DNA of 64,000 bases from Octopus sinensis. Taxonomy: Eukaryota. The notes under the pieces were generated by a model. That model made no database searches and was not told the DNA's origin. It saw only the letters and a program-made list of their open reading frames with translations. The stretch is from assembly GCF_006345805.1 (NCBI RefSeq), contig NC_043000.1, forward strand, positions 68,448,001 through 68,512,000, in the 5' to 3' direction. Below are positions 62,949 to 64,000 of this stretch, piece by piece. Made by a program: the position numbers and the translations under genes. The number at the start of each line of letters is the position of its first letter. Position 1 is the stretch's first letter.

Positions 62949-63879
62949 GGATCTTTACCTTTTGACCGGCAGATTTAGAAAATAATTTTTTGTAACAAAA
63001 CACTTTCAAACTTCGGACACTGATAGAATGTGTTATATAAAACATCTTTTACTCTTAGCATTTTTGAGAAAAGTTTATATTTACGAAGTTATTTCGTGTT
63101 AAAATCGTCGTATTTCGGTAATTTCAACCAATGAAATACGTATTCAACTGAATAAAATTACTGCTGTTGTTTGTCAACAACAAATTCCGGCGGTGTATAT
63201 TTCGTTTGTCACTGTTACTTATGATATCGTTAGTGCATTTGTACTGGTTTTAGCTTTAAGGTTTTAGGGCTAGAGTTATAGGGTTAGGGTTTTTGGGCTA
63301 GGGTTTTAGGGTTAGGGTTAGGGTTTTAGCGTTAAGGTTAGGGTTTTAAAGTTAGGGTTAGGGTTTTAGGGCTAGGGTTAGAGTTAGGGTTTTAGGGCTA
63401 GAGTTACGGAAAAAATGAAAAGTGAAGAAATTGGAGGGGTAGGGGTAGGGGGCAAAAAAGTATTTCCGAAAATAGTAGCTGAAAAACAGGAAAACTAAAA
63501 CTAAAAGCAGTAGAAATGCACGAACGATTATGGTGGTGCCATGAAGTAAACATGCTTCAGATACACTCGTTTATTCATACAAACGTAACTGAGATGAAAT
63601 ATGTCATAAATAACAGTGACAAACGAAATATACACCGCCGGAATTTGTTGTTGACAAATAACAGCAGTAATTATATTCAGTTGAATACACATCTCATTGG
63701 TTGAAATTACCGAAATACGACAATTTTAACACGAAATAACTTCGTAAATATAAAGTTTTCTCAAAAACGCTAAGAGTAAAAGATGTTTTATATGACACAT
63801 TTTACCAGTGTCCGAAGTTTGAAAGTGTTTAGTTACAAAAAATTATTTTCTAAATCTGCCGGTCAAAAGGTAAAGATCC
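62949..63879. mobile_element. 931-bp fold-back element (Merlin-like: GG termini, 8-bp TSD, about 280-bp TIRs)
   Basis: ggatctttaccttttgaccggcag... (62949-63228) is inverted at 63601-63879. Flanks are taagcaac / caagcaac (7 of 8 identical). Confidence 0.85.
63255..63407 (+). repeat. Interstitial telomere-like tract (TTAGGG/CTAGGG/TTTTAGGG) inside the fold-back element
   Basis: Read directly; about 20-bp higher-order unit gggttttagggttagggtta. Confidence 0.92.
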
Positions 63880-64000
63880 CAAGCAACATACAGCAAGGAC
63901 AAAGAGACAAAAATAAACGCTCAAGAACAGATACGAACGCAGACAAAAACATTACAAACGCAGACACGAAAAAAAGTTACCTCAAAATGAATACTGAATA

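Larger units (their letters stand above)
62200..64000 (+). mobile_element. Tx1-like ORF1 relic related to 15.3-15.85 kb, interrupted by a MITE
   Basis: PEIRSAWLLAA and IPEFIILPDETKLRISVQGRIPRCFESGLKRHVRKMC parallel IPDYINLPDGTRLHVAVEVRMPKCYLC...H...C at 15.7-15.8 kb. Confidence 0.7.

Noticed and set aside
63255-63407. True telomere or chromosome-fusion site
   Set aside because: Short, degenerate, single-orientation tract enclosed by TIRs and a TSD.

Overview
AT-rich, microsatellite-dense animal genomic DNA made almost entirely of transposable elements. The SINE families and TTAGGG telomere-type repeat suggest a mollusc, most likely an octopus; this is inferred from recognisable repeats and was not checked against a database. 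No intact protein-coding gene is supported. Contents: RTE, CR1, Tx1/L1, I/Ingi-like (RNase H) and R4/Dong-like (restriction-like endonuclease) LINE relics; two Penelope-like elements (PLEs), one nearly complete and Neptune-type; several PLE pseudo-LTRs carrying minimal hammerhead ribozyme motifs; a near full-length mariner; many MITEs; three tRNA-derived SINE families; and a 108-bp tandem array. The most interesting observations are: (i) two hammerhead families with fixed non-canonical catalytic cores (CUGUNGA and CCGAUGA), each in three copies; (ii) a Merlin-like fold-back element carrying an internal telomere-like G-rich tract; (iii) an isolated calmodulin-like candidate exon with non-canonical splice sites; (iv) several nested, inverted or permuted rearrangements that can be read from target-site duplications. 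Element boundaries were read by eye and are approximate unless a TSD or TIR is quoted.
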